From assembly GCA_003221005.1 (NCBI GenBank), contig QHTZ01000084.1, positions 1-32,307 of the forward strand: a DNA stretch of 32,307 nt, in the 5' to 3' direction. Each line of letters begins with the position of its first letter. Position 1 is the first letter of the stretch. Positions 18,413 to 27,508 of the stretch are shown piece by piece. The DNA comes from Gemmatimonadota bacterium (GTDB lineage Bacteria > Gemmatimonadota > Gemmatimonadetes > Gemmatimonadales > GWC2-71-9). The notes beneath the pieces are model-generated. The model was not told the origin of the DNA. It was given only the letters and a program-made list of their open reading frames with translations, and made no database searches. A program made the position numbers and the translations under genes.

Positions 18413-19567
18413 TTACAGCTGCGCCAGCGCCTGCGCGAAGTCGGCAATGAGGTCGTCGGCGTCCTCCAGTCCGAGGGAAAATCTCAGGAATCCGTCGGGA
18501 ATGCCAGCCTGCGCCCGCTCCGCGGGCGTGAGGGAGGCGTGCGAGGTGAGCCGCGGCTCGGACACGAGCGTCTCGACTCCCCCCAGGCTGGGGGCGTGCG
18601 CCGCGATCGTGAGGGAACGCAGGAACCGCTCCGCCGCGCGTGCGCCCCCCTTAAGCTCGACGCCCAGCATGCCGCCGTACCCGCTCAGGAGCCGCTTAGC
18701 CGTCGCGTGGTCGGGGTGGGAGGGCAGGCCGGGGTAGTGGACCGCGCTGAACGCCGGCTGCTGGCTGCACCACTGGGCGACCGCGAGCCCGGTGGCGTTG
18801 TGCCGCTCGACGCGCACCGCGAGCGTCTTCATGCCGCGCTCGATCAACCAGCCGGCCATCGGATCGAGCGCCTGGCCCCACACCTGCATCAGCTTGCGCA
18901 CCTCTTCGATCACCGACTCGGTTCCGGCGACCGCGCCCGCGATCACGTCGGAGTGCCCGTTCAGGTACTTGGTCGCGCTGTGGATCACGACGTCCGCGCC
19001 GTGCTCGAGCGGCCGGAAGTTGATCGGCGTGGCGAAGGTCGCATCGACGATCACCGCCAGCCCCTCCGACTGGCCCAGGATCTTCAGGGGCTCGAGATCC
19101 ACCACGCGCAACAGCGGATTAGTCGGCGTCTCCACAAAAATCGCCCGCGTGGTCTTGCGCAACGCGCGCTTCCAGGTGCGGGACTCGAGGGGGTTCACGA
19201 ATGTGACTTCGATGCCGAAACGGACGAACTCCTGCGCGAACAGGCGGTGCACGCCGCCGTAGATCCACTCGCTCGAGAGGAGGTGATCGCCCGGCCGCAG
19301 GACGGCGAGGTGCGCGAGCGCGACCGCGCCCATCCCGCTCGCCACGAAGATCGCGGCCTCCGCCCCCTCGAGCAGTGCAAGGCGTTTCGCGATCGTGAGC
19401 TGGTTGGGGTTGTTGCCGTAGCGCGTGTAGCGGACTTCGGCGGTCGACCCGATCGGGTTCGTGAAGGTGCTGCTCTGGTACAGCGGCGCCGCGACGGGGG
19501 CCCAGTCCGGGCGCGCGGCGGGATCGCCGTGGACCGCGCGAGTCGAGAGGCCGTGCCGGCGCTTCAC
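18413..19567 (-). CDS. Cys/Met metabolism PLP-dependent enzyme (cystathionine gamma-synthase/lyase or methionine gamma-lyase family)
   Basis: PLYQSSTF, YTRYGNNP, ASGMGA, ETPTNP, HSATKYLNGHSDV (PLP lysine), SLGGVETL, RFSLGLED. Confidence 0.92.
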   Translation of the reverse strand: MKRRHGLSTRAVHGDPAARPDWAPVAAPLYQSSTFTNPIGSTAEVRYTRYGNNPNQLTIAKRLALLEGAEAAIFVASGMGAVALAHLAVLRPGDHLLSSEWIYGGVHRLFAQEFVRFGIEVTFVNPLESRTWKRALRKTTRAIFVETPTNPLLRVVDLEPLKILGQSEGLAVIVDATFATPINFRPLEHGADVVIHSATKYLNGHSDVIAGAVAGTESVIEEVRKLMQVWGQALDPMAGWLIERGMKTLAVRVERHNATGLAVAQWCSQQPAFSAVHYPGLPSHPDHATAKRLLSGYGGMLGVELKGGARAAERFLRSLTIAAHAPSLGGVETLVSEPRLTSHASLTPAERAQAGIPDGFLRFSLGLEDADDLIADFAQALAQL

Positions 19568-19574
19568 GCCCCGC

Positions 19575-20033
19575 TCACGAGCCGATCAGCGCGAACGTGC
19601 CTCCCGGGAGGCGGCCGGCGAGGCGCTGCGCCACGAGCTGCTCCAGCAGCTCGGCGGCTGCGGCGGGCGAGCCAAGGGGGTCTAGGGTGCCATCCGGCCG
19701 CTCGTGCAGCACCGCCAGGCCGTGCCCCGTGAGCACGGGCTCGATCGCTTCGCGGTGCGCGTCGCTGATCCCCCAGAGCAGCAGCAGCACGACCCCTTCC
19801 CGCAGCAGCTTCGCGACGATCTCGTCGGCACAGGAGTAGTCCATGCAGCCCACGCCGCTGAAGTCCATGCGCGCGACTGTCGGGCCATTCCCCGTTCCGT
19901 CGCCCCCCGCCCCCGCCATCACCTGTGAGATCCGCTCCCGCACCACGCGCCCCGTGGGGCGGGTGACGAGGTCCGTGTATACGCCGGAGGAGGATTCGCG
20001 CAGGACGGCATGGACGTCGATGTGCTGAATCAC
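19575..20033 (-). CDS. STAS-like (DUF4325-like) hypothetical protein
   Basis: Start re-called at GTG 20033 (GTGA overlap); LVTRPTGRVVRERI..MDFSGVGCMDYSCADEIVAKL resembles the STAS 'lDfsgv..iDss' segment. Confidence 0.65.
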   Translation of the reverse strand: MIQHIDVHAVLRESSSGVYTDLVTRPTGRVVRERISQVMAGAGGDGTGNGPTVARMDFSGVGCMDYSCADEIVAKLLREGVVLLLLWGISDAHREAIEPVLTGHGLAVLHERPDGTLDPLGSPAAAAELLEQLVAQRLAGRLPGGTFALIGS

Positions 20034-20938
20034 CGCGCTGTGGACCCCTGTTCGGGTATGATGATGAGCACCTGGGCGCCCGGAAAGGCCGGCAGCCCGT
20101 CTTTCAGCGGTACGTCGTCGTCCCAGCTCGGCACGATCGCGATCCGCGCGGTCCCGCTCCGGATTGCGATCTTCCCCTCCCAGCGGGCGAGATAGCGCCG
20201 GATGCCTGCGAGACCCTGTCCGCGCCCGGGGTCCCGGAACCGGCTCACTCCCTGGATCAGCGCCGCTTCGAGCGCCGCGGCGTCTCCCCAGCGATCCCCA
20301 AAGCGCTTGGCTTGCGTCGGCTCCAGGGAGTGCCGGAATCCCACGCCCGCGTCCGCTACCGCGATCACCACCACCCGCCGCGCCAACGTGCGCCGCCAGT
20401 GGTAGCTCTGCACCGCCACCCAGCCGCCCGTGCCCGCGTGCTCTACAATATTCTGACACGCCTCCGAAAGCGCCATAGCGAAGCCCATCGTCGCCCTCGG
20501 ATCGAGTTGCAGTTCGGACGCCAGAATGGCGGACGCCCGCTGCTGAATCTTGCTGACCACCTCGTGCACGTCCTCCGCCGCCCGCACCGGCGTCACGGGG
20601 AGCAACACGTCGCTCTCCTCGGCGGGCTTGCCCCTAGGGAGGCGACCGTGGATCTCGAACAGCTGCGTGGCCTCGCGAAAGAAGCCGGCCCGCGCCCAGT
20701 AGCTCAGCACGTCGGCTTGGGTGGGCGCAGTGAGCAGGGGCAGCTCCGCGACGCCGCTCCGCTTGGCCGCCTGCCCCGCCGCCAGCAGGGCCACGAGGCC
20801 GTACGGCGAGGCCCATTCCGCCGCGTGCGCGTCGAACAGGAGCCGCTCGCCGTCCTTGGTGGCCTCGGCGAAGGCGCCGGCGAACTGGTCGAATGAGCGG
20901 TCGTCGAACTGGGTCGGCACCTCGACGAGCCGGGTCAT
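20030..20938 (-). CDS. STAS-like + HATPase_c (GHKL) ATP-binding protein, anti-sigma-kinase-like
   Basis: Start at ATG 20938; N box EACQNIVEHA, G1 box DAGVG, G2 box GRGQGL, IRSG, FPGAQV; N-terminal LLFDAHAAEWASPYGLVAL..SYWARAGFF. Confidence 0.75.
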   Translation of the reverse strand: MTRLVEVPTQFDDRSFDQFAGAFAEATKDGERLLFDAHAAEWASPYGLVALLAAGQAAKRSGVAELPLLTAPTQADVLSYWARAGFFREATQLFEIHGRLPRGKPAEESDVLLPVTPVRAAEDVHEVVSKIQQRASAILASELQLDPRATMGFAMALSEACQNIVEHAGTGGWVAVQSYHWRRTLARRVVVIAVADAGVGFRHSLEPTQAKRFGDRWGDAAALEAALIQGVSRFRDPGRGQGLAGIRRYLARWEGKIAIRSGTARIAIVPSWDDDVPLKDGLPAFPGAQVLIIIPEQGSTAR

Positions 20939-21852
20939 ACCGACGTGAGCCGGCCGAGCAGGTGGTCGCGGAGCCCGGTGGCGCCCCGGTATGTGACGTT
21001 GCGGGCGCCCATGAGCGTCCCGAGTTGCAGCGCCTCCTTGAGGCTCGCCCCACCGAGCAGCGCCGCCACGACGCTCGCGCCGAACACGTCGCCACACCCG
21101 GTCGGATCGCCGCCACGCCCCGGGATCGAGGGACCGGCGGCGGGGATCCGGGCAGTGCGGACAGGCCGTCCGGTGAAACAGGCCGCACCCTTGCTGCCGA
21201 GCGTCACCACGAGCGTCCCGCACCCTTGGGCCAAGGCGCCCGCCGCGACAACGAGCGGGTCGTCCCCGAGCTGGCGCATCTCGTCCTCGTTCAGCTGCAC
21301 GGTGTCGAAGCAGCCAAACCACGCGGGTGCATTCGGCAGTCCCTGAGGCACGCGCGTCCCATCGGGCTCCTTGCCGAGGAACAGGTTGTGGAGGTCCGCA
21401 TACAGGAAGCGGGGGAACCCGCGGCGCAGGAACTGCGCGGTGCCGAGGTCCATCTCGTAGCCGGAAATGAAATTGAGGTAGAGGGCGTCGAGGTCCGTGA
21501 CCATCGGGCCCAGCTCGGCCCAGGTCCAGGGGGGCACGCCGCCCGTGAGCTGTTCGCAGCGGCGCTCCGCTTCGAGGTATCGCAGCGTGACCCGGTTGTT
21601 CGGCTCCGGGACCTCGATGAAGCGCGCGCGCGGCGCGACGTGCCCCAGCGAGCGCAGGAACTCGTTGGCCCGCGCGGCGAGGTCCCGCCCCACCTTCACG
21701 AGCGGCACGATCTCCCATCCCGCGGGGATAGTGGCGTCGAGCGCGGCGAGTGAGTAGGATATGCCGCCCCATTCCCCGACCGCGTGTTGCGCGGGCTCGC
21801 GATCGTAGATCGTGTCCCACACCATCGAGCCGAGGACGCCAAGGCGTTTCAC
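20935..21852 (-). CDS. PfkB/ribokinase-family carbohydrate kinase
   Basis: Start at GTG 21852; LGSMVWD, QLNEDE, VVTLGSKGA, DPTGCGDVFGA. Confidence 0.88.
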   Translation of the reverse strand: MKRLGVLGSMVWDTIYDREPAQHAVGEWGGISYSLAALDATIPAGWEIVPLVKVGRDLAARANEFLRSLGHVAPRARFIEVPEPNNRVTLRYLEAERRCEQLTGGVPPWTWAELGPMVTDLDALYLNFISGYEMDLGTAQFLRRGFPRFLYADLHNLFLGKEPDGTRVPQGLPNAPAWFGCFDTVQLNEDEMRQLGDDPLVVAAGALAQGCGTLVVTLGSKGAACFTGRPVRTARIPAAGPSIPGRGGDPTGCGDVFGASVVAALLGGASLKEALQLGTLMGARNVTYRGATGLRDHLLGRLTSV

Positions 21853-22814
21853 GGACTGCCCCAGGTGCGGCGCATGAACACCGCCGCGGCGCCGTACACC
21901 CCGGCCGTGCCGGTGAGCTCGCCCGGGACGATGCGGCACGCGGCCGACGCCGGCTTGAACGCGCGCCGCTTGACCTCGCTGCGCAGCGGCACGAACAGCT
22001 GGTCGCCGGCGAGGGTCACCCCACCGCAGATCACCACGACCTGTGGATTGAAGATGTTGATGATGTTGGCAACGCCCGCACCCAGCACCTTCGCCGTGTC
22101 GTGGACGACCTCGCGGGCGTACGCGTCTCCGTCGTGCGACGCTTCGTAGATCACCTGGGCTGTGATCTTCGAGAGGTCGTCCTGCACGTACGCAGGGAGC
22201 GAGGTCTCGGCGCCGGCTTCGATGCCTTCCACCGCGCGGGCCGCGATCGCCGGGCCCGAGGCATACGCTTCGAGGCAGCCATAGTTGCCGCACTTGCAGC
22301 GGCGCCCCGTCGAGTCGATGGTCATGTGGCCGAGCTCTCCGGCGATGTCGGAGGCGCCGTGGTAGATCTCGCCGTCGAGCACGATCCCGCCGCCGATTCC
22401 CGTGCCGATGGTGAGGCCGACCACGTGGTTCGACCCGCGCGCCGCGCCGCGCCACCACTCGCCGAAGATCGCGCAGTTCGCGTCATTGTCGAGCGTTCCG
22501 GGAAGCCCCAGCGCCCCCGACAGCCGGTCGCGCAAGGGGAAGTTGGTCCAGCCCAGGTTCGGCGTGAGCAGCACCACACCGCGCGCGGTGTCGAGCGGCC
22601 CTGGCGCCCCGATGCCCACGCCGGCGATCTCCTTGCCGCGCGCCGCGGCGATCGAAGTGCGCACCAGCTTCGCGATGCGCTCGAGCACGGCGTCCGCCCC
22701 CCGCTCGGCGAGCGTGGGCTCGGACACCAGCCCCAGGATCTCCGACCCGTCCTCGGCCACCGTGCCGACGACGAGATTTGTTCCCCCGATGTCAATCCCG
22801 ACGACGTAGCGCAC
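21849..22814 (-). CDS. ROK-family sugar kinase (glucokinase-like)
   Basis: GIDIGGT, GIGAPGP, DNDANCA, GTGIGGG, GELGHM, CKCGNYGCLEAYASG. Confidence 0.93.
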   Translation of the reverse strand: MRYVVGIDIGGTNLVVGTVAEDGSEILGLVSEPTLAERGADAVLERIAKLVRTSIAAARGKEIAGVGIGAPGPLDTARGVVLLTPNLGWTNFPLRDRLSGALGLPGTLDNDANCAIFGEWWRGAARGSNHVVGLTIGTGIGGGIVLDGEIYHGASDIAGELGHMTIDSTGRRCKCGNYGCLEAYASGPAIAARAVEGIEAGAETSLPAYVQDDLSKITAQVIYEASHDGDAYAREVVHDTAKVLGAGVANIINIFNPQVVVICGGVTLAGDQLFVPLRSEVKRRAFKPASAACRIVPGELTGTAGVYGAAAVFMRRTWGSP

Positions 22815-23823
22815 CCGTCTCCTCGATCGTGGCGAGCACCGTCGCCACGCGTAGATCCTTCATGCAGCGGTGGTGCCCCAGCGGACATGCCGGCGGCCCG
22901 TGATCCGAGCAGGGTCGGCACACGAGCCCTGTCACCCCCAGCGTCGCGTCGTCCGCGGCGATCGGTCCGAATCCGAACTCGGGAATCGTCGGCCCGAACA
23001 ACGCGACCACCGGGGTGCCCATCGCGGAGGCGAGATGGAGCGGTGCGCTATCATTAGTTACGAGCAGCATCGCCCGACGAATCAATACCGCCGCCTGTCG
23101 CAACGTAAGACGCCCGCAGGCATCGACCGCCCGACCGCCTGAGCGCCTGACCGCCTTGACGATAGCCTCCCCGAGCGCCGAGTCTTCCGGCCCTCCTACC
23201 ACCACGACCGCGCAACGCGGCGCCAGCCGCCCGGCAAGCTCCTCATAGTAGGGCCAGCGCTTGCTCCCCCAAATCGAGCCCGGGGCGAGCGTCACGAACT
23301 CGTCCACTCCCCTGACCCCGGCAGCCGCTAGGAAAGCCGCGGCGGTCTGCTCATCCCCCGGCGTGGGGTAGATCCGGGGCGCGAAGGATCCGGACGGTGC
23401 CTCTGCTAGCGCGAGCATCCGGTCGATCTCGTGGCCGTCGACCGGCCGCGCGCGGGCCTCCGTGTAGAGCAGCGGCCAGCCGTCGGCGAAGCCGATGCGG
23501 CGCGGCACCCGCGCCAGGAGCGCGAGCAGCGCGCTGCGCAGCGAGCGGTGCGGAAGGAATGCAACCTCGTAGTGCGCCGCTCGCAGCGCCCTCCCCAGCC
23601 GCACGAAGCCGCTCAGACCCCGATCCTTTCCTCTCTTATCATAGGAGATCACGCGCCGGACCGAGGGGTGGGTCTCGACCAGGGGCGCCGCAGCGGGCGT
23701 CGTAACGACGTCCACCGCCCCGTGGCGCTGTGCGAGCGCCTCGAGCAACGGCGTCGTGAGCACGACATCGCCGAGGAATGCGGTTTGGATGACCAGAACG
23801 CGAGCGGTGGAGGCGTCAGGCAT
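22792..23823 (-). CDS. waaF: Lipopolysaccharide heptosyltransferase II (GT9)
   Basis: Probable ATG at 23823; VIQTAFLGDVVLTTP, APGSIWGSKRWP, TNDSAPLHLASA, VALFGPT, CRPC..C..CM. Confidence 0.88.
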   Translation of the reverse strand: MPDASTARVLVIQTAFLGDVVLTTPLLEALAQRHGAVDVVTTPAAAPLVETHPSVRRVISYDKRGKDRGLSGFVRLGRALRAAHYEVAFLPHRSLRSALLALLARVPRRIGFADGWPLLYTEARARPVDGHEIDRMLALAEAPSGSFAPRIYPTPGDEQTAAAFLAAAGVRGVDEFVTLAPGSIWGSKRWPYYEELAGRLAPRCAVVVVGGPEDSALGEAIVKAVRRSGGRAVDACGRLTLRQAAVLIRRAMLLVTNDSAPLHLASAMGTPVVALFGPTIPEFGFGPIAADDATLGVTGLVCRPCSDHGPPACPLGHHRCMKDLRVATVLATIEETGALRRRD

Positions 23824-23907
23824 GAGAGCGTGGAATTTGACCGGGCGCGGGTACAGTCGGTAGGCATCCGCTCGCGAGGCGACAGCCTCCGCGTCGCTCA
23901 CCCACCA

Positions 23908-24447
23908 CTAACGCCGAATGCGGCCGACTTCGATCGGGATTATGAGCCTCAGGGACGCGACCAGCCCGTGATTCCGAACCGGCTGTGCGAAGGCGGGGTC
24001 GCCTGCGAAGCTGTATTGCACCTCTGGCATGAGCGCCACGCGTGCCAGATGCGCCTCCGCGGCCAGGCCGGGCGCCGCCAGGAACTCAGTCTTGTGGCTC
24101 CAGACGCCCGCGCTGCTCTGCGCGAACCGCATGGCTCCCAGGCTCAGGCCCAGGAACATCTCCAGCTGCCCAACCGGGATCTCCACGCCAAGATCCACGG
24201 TAAACGCCTGACCGCGATCGGTCACGCTCAGAGTCGTCGCGCCAGCGTAATAGGTCCAGCGCAGTCCCACATACGCGAGACGACCCGTCGCCACCCCGAC
24301 CACCAGACCAGCCCCCGGTCCCCAAGCCTTGCTGGTGCCGTAAGTCGCCACGGCCCCCAGCTGCACCTCACCGATTTGCGCGAAGATCGGGGACGGCGCG
24401 ATGGACAGGGCGCCTACGACCAGGGACACGCGGCTGCATCGCATCAC
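23908..24447 (-). CDS. Secreted small beta-barrel-like hypothetical protein
   Basis: Signal peptide ending IFA/Q; about eight amphipathic strands (YVGLRWTYY, FTVDLGVEIP, LMPEVQYSF, VASLRLII); ATGA-coupled to the upstream gene. Confidence 0.6.
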   Translation of the reverse strand: MMRCSRVSLVVGALSIAPSPIFAQIGEVQLGAVATYGTSKAWGPGAGLVVGVATGRLAYVGLRWTYYAGATTLSVTDRGQAFTVDLGVEIPVGQLEMFLGLSLGAMRFAQSSAGVWSHKTEFLAAPGLAAEAHLARVALMPEVQYSFAGDPAFAQPVRNHGLVASLRLIIPIEVGRIRR

Positions 24448-27400
24448 ACCCCGTCCTTCGCGATCCGGGCGATGCGGCGGCGCAGCTCGCCCACCGGTGG
24501 GAGTAACCGGTCCAGCGTAGCCTGATCATCGACCCAGGTGACGGTGCCGACCATGAATACGAGATCCATGAGCGGCACAACGGACTCTGCGCCGGTGAAC
24601 AGGACGCCGACCTCGCCGTCCATGAACATGCCGCGGTAGTCCTGGTTCTGTGAGCCCACGATCGCGAAGCTCGCGGCCCGCGGTGCGGCGTGGGCCGGCG
24701 CTACCAGGCGGGCGGCGATCTGCTCGAGCGAGTCGCGCGGCCCGCTGGCCTGGACGTACTCTCCGGCAGGCGAGTAGGTGGCTTCGCGGTACCGGAGGTA
24801 CGCCGCCATGAGCCGTGGCCACTCCTGGGACGCGCTGATCGCGCGCCAGAATTCCCCGGTGGCGAAGAATTGAACCTTCTGATGGAGCTTGGGCACGAGG
24901 ACGGCGCTCCGGGTCGCGCCGCTCGAGTCCACCGTGTCGCGAGCCGCCTCCGCGACCACCGGCGCGAGGGCTGGCGCGAACGGCAGGAGTGCTTGCAGGA
25001 ACGGTGTGGTGCTGACCTGCCGCTCCCAGCGGTCGGCGCGGCTCGCGAACCCACGCCGGTCGGGGGGGAGCGCGTAGAGGCCGGTGCGAAGATCGCCACC
25101 CGCTGCGGCGATCGCCGGGCCCAACTCGCGGCGCATGAGGAGCAGCCGGGTGAGCAGCTCCTGCGCCCGTGCCATCTGTGGGAATCCGCTGCTCGGCGCG
25201 TTGGCCAGGGCCGGCGCGATGACGAGCACGTGGGCGCCCCGGAGGCAGGCTCCAACGAGCAGTGCCGCAAAGAACGAGGAATTCCACAGTGAGTCGGGAG
25301 CCTTGATGACGGAGCCGGGCGGCATCAACGAGTAGAGCACGGCCTTGCCGACGTTGAGCGGCTTGGGCAGATAGCCGGTTCCATTCACGAGGGCCATGGC
25401 CCGCTCCTGATGGCGGGCCGCGTCGGGTCGCGCGGCGAGGCGCGCCACTGATCCCGCGACGAGCGGCCGCGACCGGAGCGGGAGGGGGAGATCCTCTTCC
25501 GTCAGGCCCTGACTCAGCAGCAGGTCGCGGGCCGCCTGCCGCAGCTCCAGCAGGACCGGCCCCTGGAGCATCAGGGAGCGGTCGTCCCATCCTGGGCCGA
25601 GGTACTGCTGGCCCACCCCCATTCCCGTGAGCATGCCCACGCCGCGGAAGGGATCGTCTTCGCTGACGTCGCGGAACGTGATCTTGCGGTGGTCGCGCAT
25701 GACGTCGTCCGGATACCCGAACACGCTCGACACGAGGCCGCCACTCCAGAACGAGGCATCCACGCGGTTCGTGACGTTGACGTGCACCTTGACGCGATTC
25801 CGCAGCCAGGCATCCCCGTACTCGCGCGCCTCGGCCTGCAGGACGCGGGAGTTCTGGACGGCCGCGCGGAGGCGCTCCAGCGCGCGAGCCAGGCGGGCGG
25901 CATCCGCCGCAGTACCGACGCCCAGGCGCGGGGACGCGTGCAGCGGGTTCTCCAGCACCGTCATCAGCAGCCGCGACTTGCGTTGCTCGTAGTAGTGCTG
26001 GTCGAGAAAGATGAAGAACGAAGGCAGTGCGCCCGTCGAATCGTAGGCCTCGACCCGCTCCGCGAGCGCGGCGAGATAGCCATCTACTATCTGCGCGAAC
26101 GAGGCCCAGTCCAGCTTCTGCTCCGGCGTCACCGCTGGGAAGTCGTGGATCCACAGGACGTGGTAATCCCGGGTCGCATGTAGCATCCGGAGCAGCTCCC
26201 AGTGGAACTGCAAGTTGGCGACGTAGGAGATGCGGTTGTGCGCGGTGAACGGCACGCCCGTGGCCCGCTCGAGCAAAGCGTCGAGCTCGGCCTGCTCGTC
26301 GTGGTCCTCGGGCAGCAGCGCGTACTGCAGCGGCAGCCACACGAGCCGGGGATCGTCCCACTCCTTCGCGGTGCGGCGGCGAACCGCCTCGAGGATATCG
26401 GTCAGGCGCTCGAAGACGAACAGCACGGGCTCGATCCGCTCCGCGGGCACCACGGTCGACGCCGCGACCCAGCGACCGAACCGGCCCCGAGCAGCGATGC
26501 CGAGCTCCTTCAGCGTGTCGTGGCGCTTCTTGCGGCCGAGCAGCCGGTCGTAGGGGAGCAGGACCTCGTCGAGCAGGATCTCGCGGCAGCGACGCGCGAG
26601 CTCGCGGCCCGCCGGCGCGTCCCCAGCCGCGAGGCTGAAGGCGCGCTCCAGCTCGGTATGGAAGAAGCGCACCTCGGCGTCCGCGCTCCGCGTCGCGAGG
26701 TGTGTGCGGAGGTCGCCGACGTAGCGCGCGGTGCGAGCCAGGCCGATCTGCGCGTCCCGCCCGTCCTGGTCCAGGAACGGGGCCACTAACCGACGGATCC
26801 ATTCGGCCGAGGTGCGAAGACTGTCGAGGGCCACGAGGAGCATGGGGTCGGTTGCCCGATGGGAAACCGGCACGTAGTGCTCGCGCGCCACGACGACGTA
26901 GTCTCGCAGCGGCCGGTTGCGACCGGCGAGGCGATCCCCCAGGGGCGCGGAAACGCCCAGCGTGAAGCTGTGGCCTGCGAGCGGGTACCAGTCGAGCCGC
27001 AGGAGCGTGCCGCGCGTCAACAGGCCGCCGCGGCGCACCGGCGTGTGCAGAGTGACGAGCATGTCGAGACGGTTGTCCCGCACGTTGTAGTCCGCCCCCA
27101 CGCCGGCGCTGAAGTAGGGAACCTGCAGCAGGCCACGCACACCCCCGTCGGCCTTGTTGCCGCGGGCGCCGACGTAGGCCTCCACACCGAGCTCGGCGAG
27201 TTTGGTGACGGGGTTCAGGGGCGCGTAGTAGGTGCCGGCCACCGCTCGCACCATCACGTCGCCGGACCCGTCCCCCAGATAGAGCCCCGTGCCGAGGGTG
27301 GCCTGCCAGTGCCAGAGGAGTGGCTGACCGAGGGAAGCGGTGCGACCGCCCGCATCCGGTGGGCGTGACAGCTGGGCGCTCGCGTCGCGGGCCGAGCCGA

Positions 27401-27470
27401 ACGACACAGCGGCGGTCCACGCGCCCGCGACCAGCAGCGCGCACCAGTGGTGGGAGGCGCGACGAGGCAC
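24444..27470 (-). CDS. Large (~1008 aa) secreted phospholipase D/cardiolipin-synthase-like protein with N-terminal beta-rich domain
   Basis: Probable GTG at 27470 followed by a signal peptide ending ASA/Q; HRKITFRD (HxKxxxxD) at 25691-25668; WDDRSLMLQGP; second HQK at 24884-24876; IVGSQNQDYRGMFMDGE. Confidence 0.7.
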   Translation of the reverse strand: MPRRASHHWCALLVAGAWTAAVSFGSARDASAQLSRPPDAGGRTASLGQPLLWHWQATLGTGLYLGDGSGDVMVRAVAGTYYAPLNPVTKLAELGVEAYVGARGNKADGGVRGLLQVPYFSAGVGADYNVRDNRLDMLVTLHTPVRRGGLLTRGTLLRLDWYPLAGHSFTLGVSAPLGDRLAGRNRPLRDYVVVAREHYVPVSHRATDPMLLVALDSLRTSAEWIRRLVAPFLDQDGRDAQIGLARTARYVGDLRTHLATRSADAEVRFFHTELERAFSLAAGDAPAGRELARRCREILLDEVLLPYDRLLGRKKRHDTLKELGIAARGRFGRWVAASTVVPAERIEPVLFVFERLTDILEAVRRRTAKEWDDPRLVWLPLQYALLPEDHDEQAELDALLERATGVPFTAHNRISYVANLQFHWELLRMLHATRDYHVLWIHDFPAVTPEQKLDWASFAQIVDGYLAALAERVEAYDSTGALPSFFIFLDQHYYEQRKSRLLMTVLENPLHASPRLGVGTAADAARLARALERLRAAVQNSRVLQAEAREYGDAWLRNRVKVHVNVTNRVDASFWSGGLVSSVFGYPDDVMRDHRKITFRDVSEDDPFRGVGMLTGMGVGQQYLGPGWDDRSLMLQGPVLLELRQAARDLLLSQGLTEEDLPLPLRSRPLVAGSVARLAARPDAARHQERAMALVNGTGYLPKPLNVGKAVLYSLMPPGSVIKAPDSLWNSSFFAALLVGACLRGAHVLVIAPALANAPSSGFPQMARAQELLTRLLLMRRELGPAIAAAGGDLRTGLYALPPDRRGFASRADRWERQVSTTPFLQALLPFAPALAPVVAEAARDTVDSSGATRSAVLVPKLHQKVQFFATGEFWRAISASQEWPRLMAAYLRYREATYSPAGEYVQASGPRDSLEQIAARLVAPAHAAPRAASFAIVGSQNQDYRGMFMDGEVGVLFTGAESVVPLMDLVFMVGTVTWVDDQATLDRLLPPVGELRRRIARIAKDGV

Positions 27471-27508
27471 CGGGAAACGCCGCAATCTACCGCCGAGCAG
27501 AGCGGTGG

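Noticed and set aside
24526-27444. 972-aa alternative-frame minus-strand ORF
   Set aside because: Arg/Pro/Ala-rich off-frame read-through of the PLD-like gene with no domain signal.
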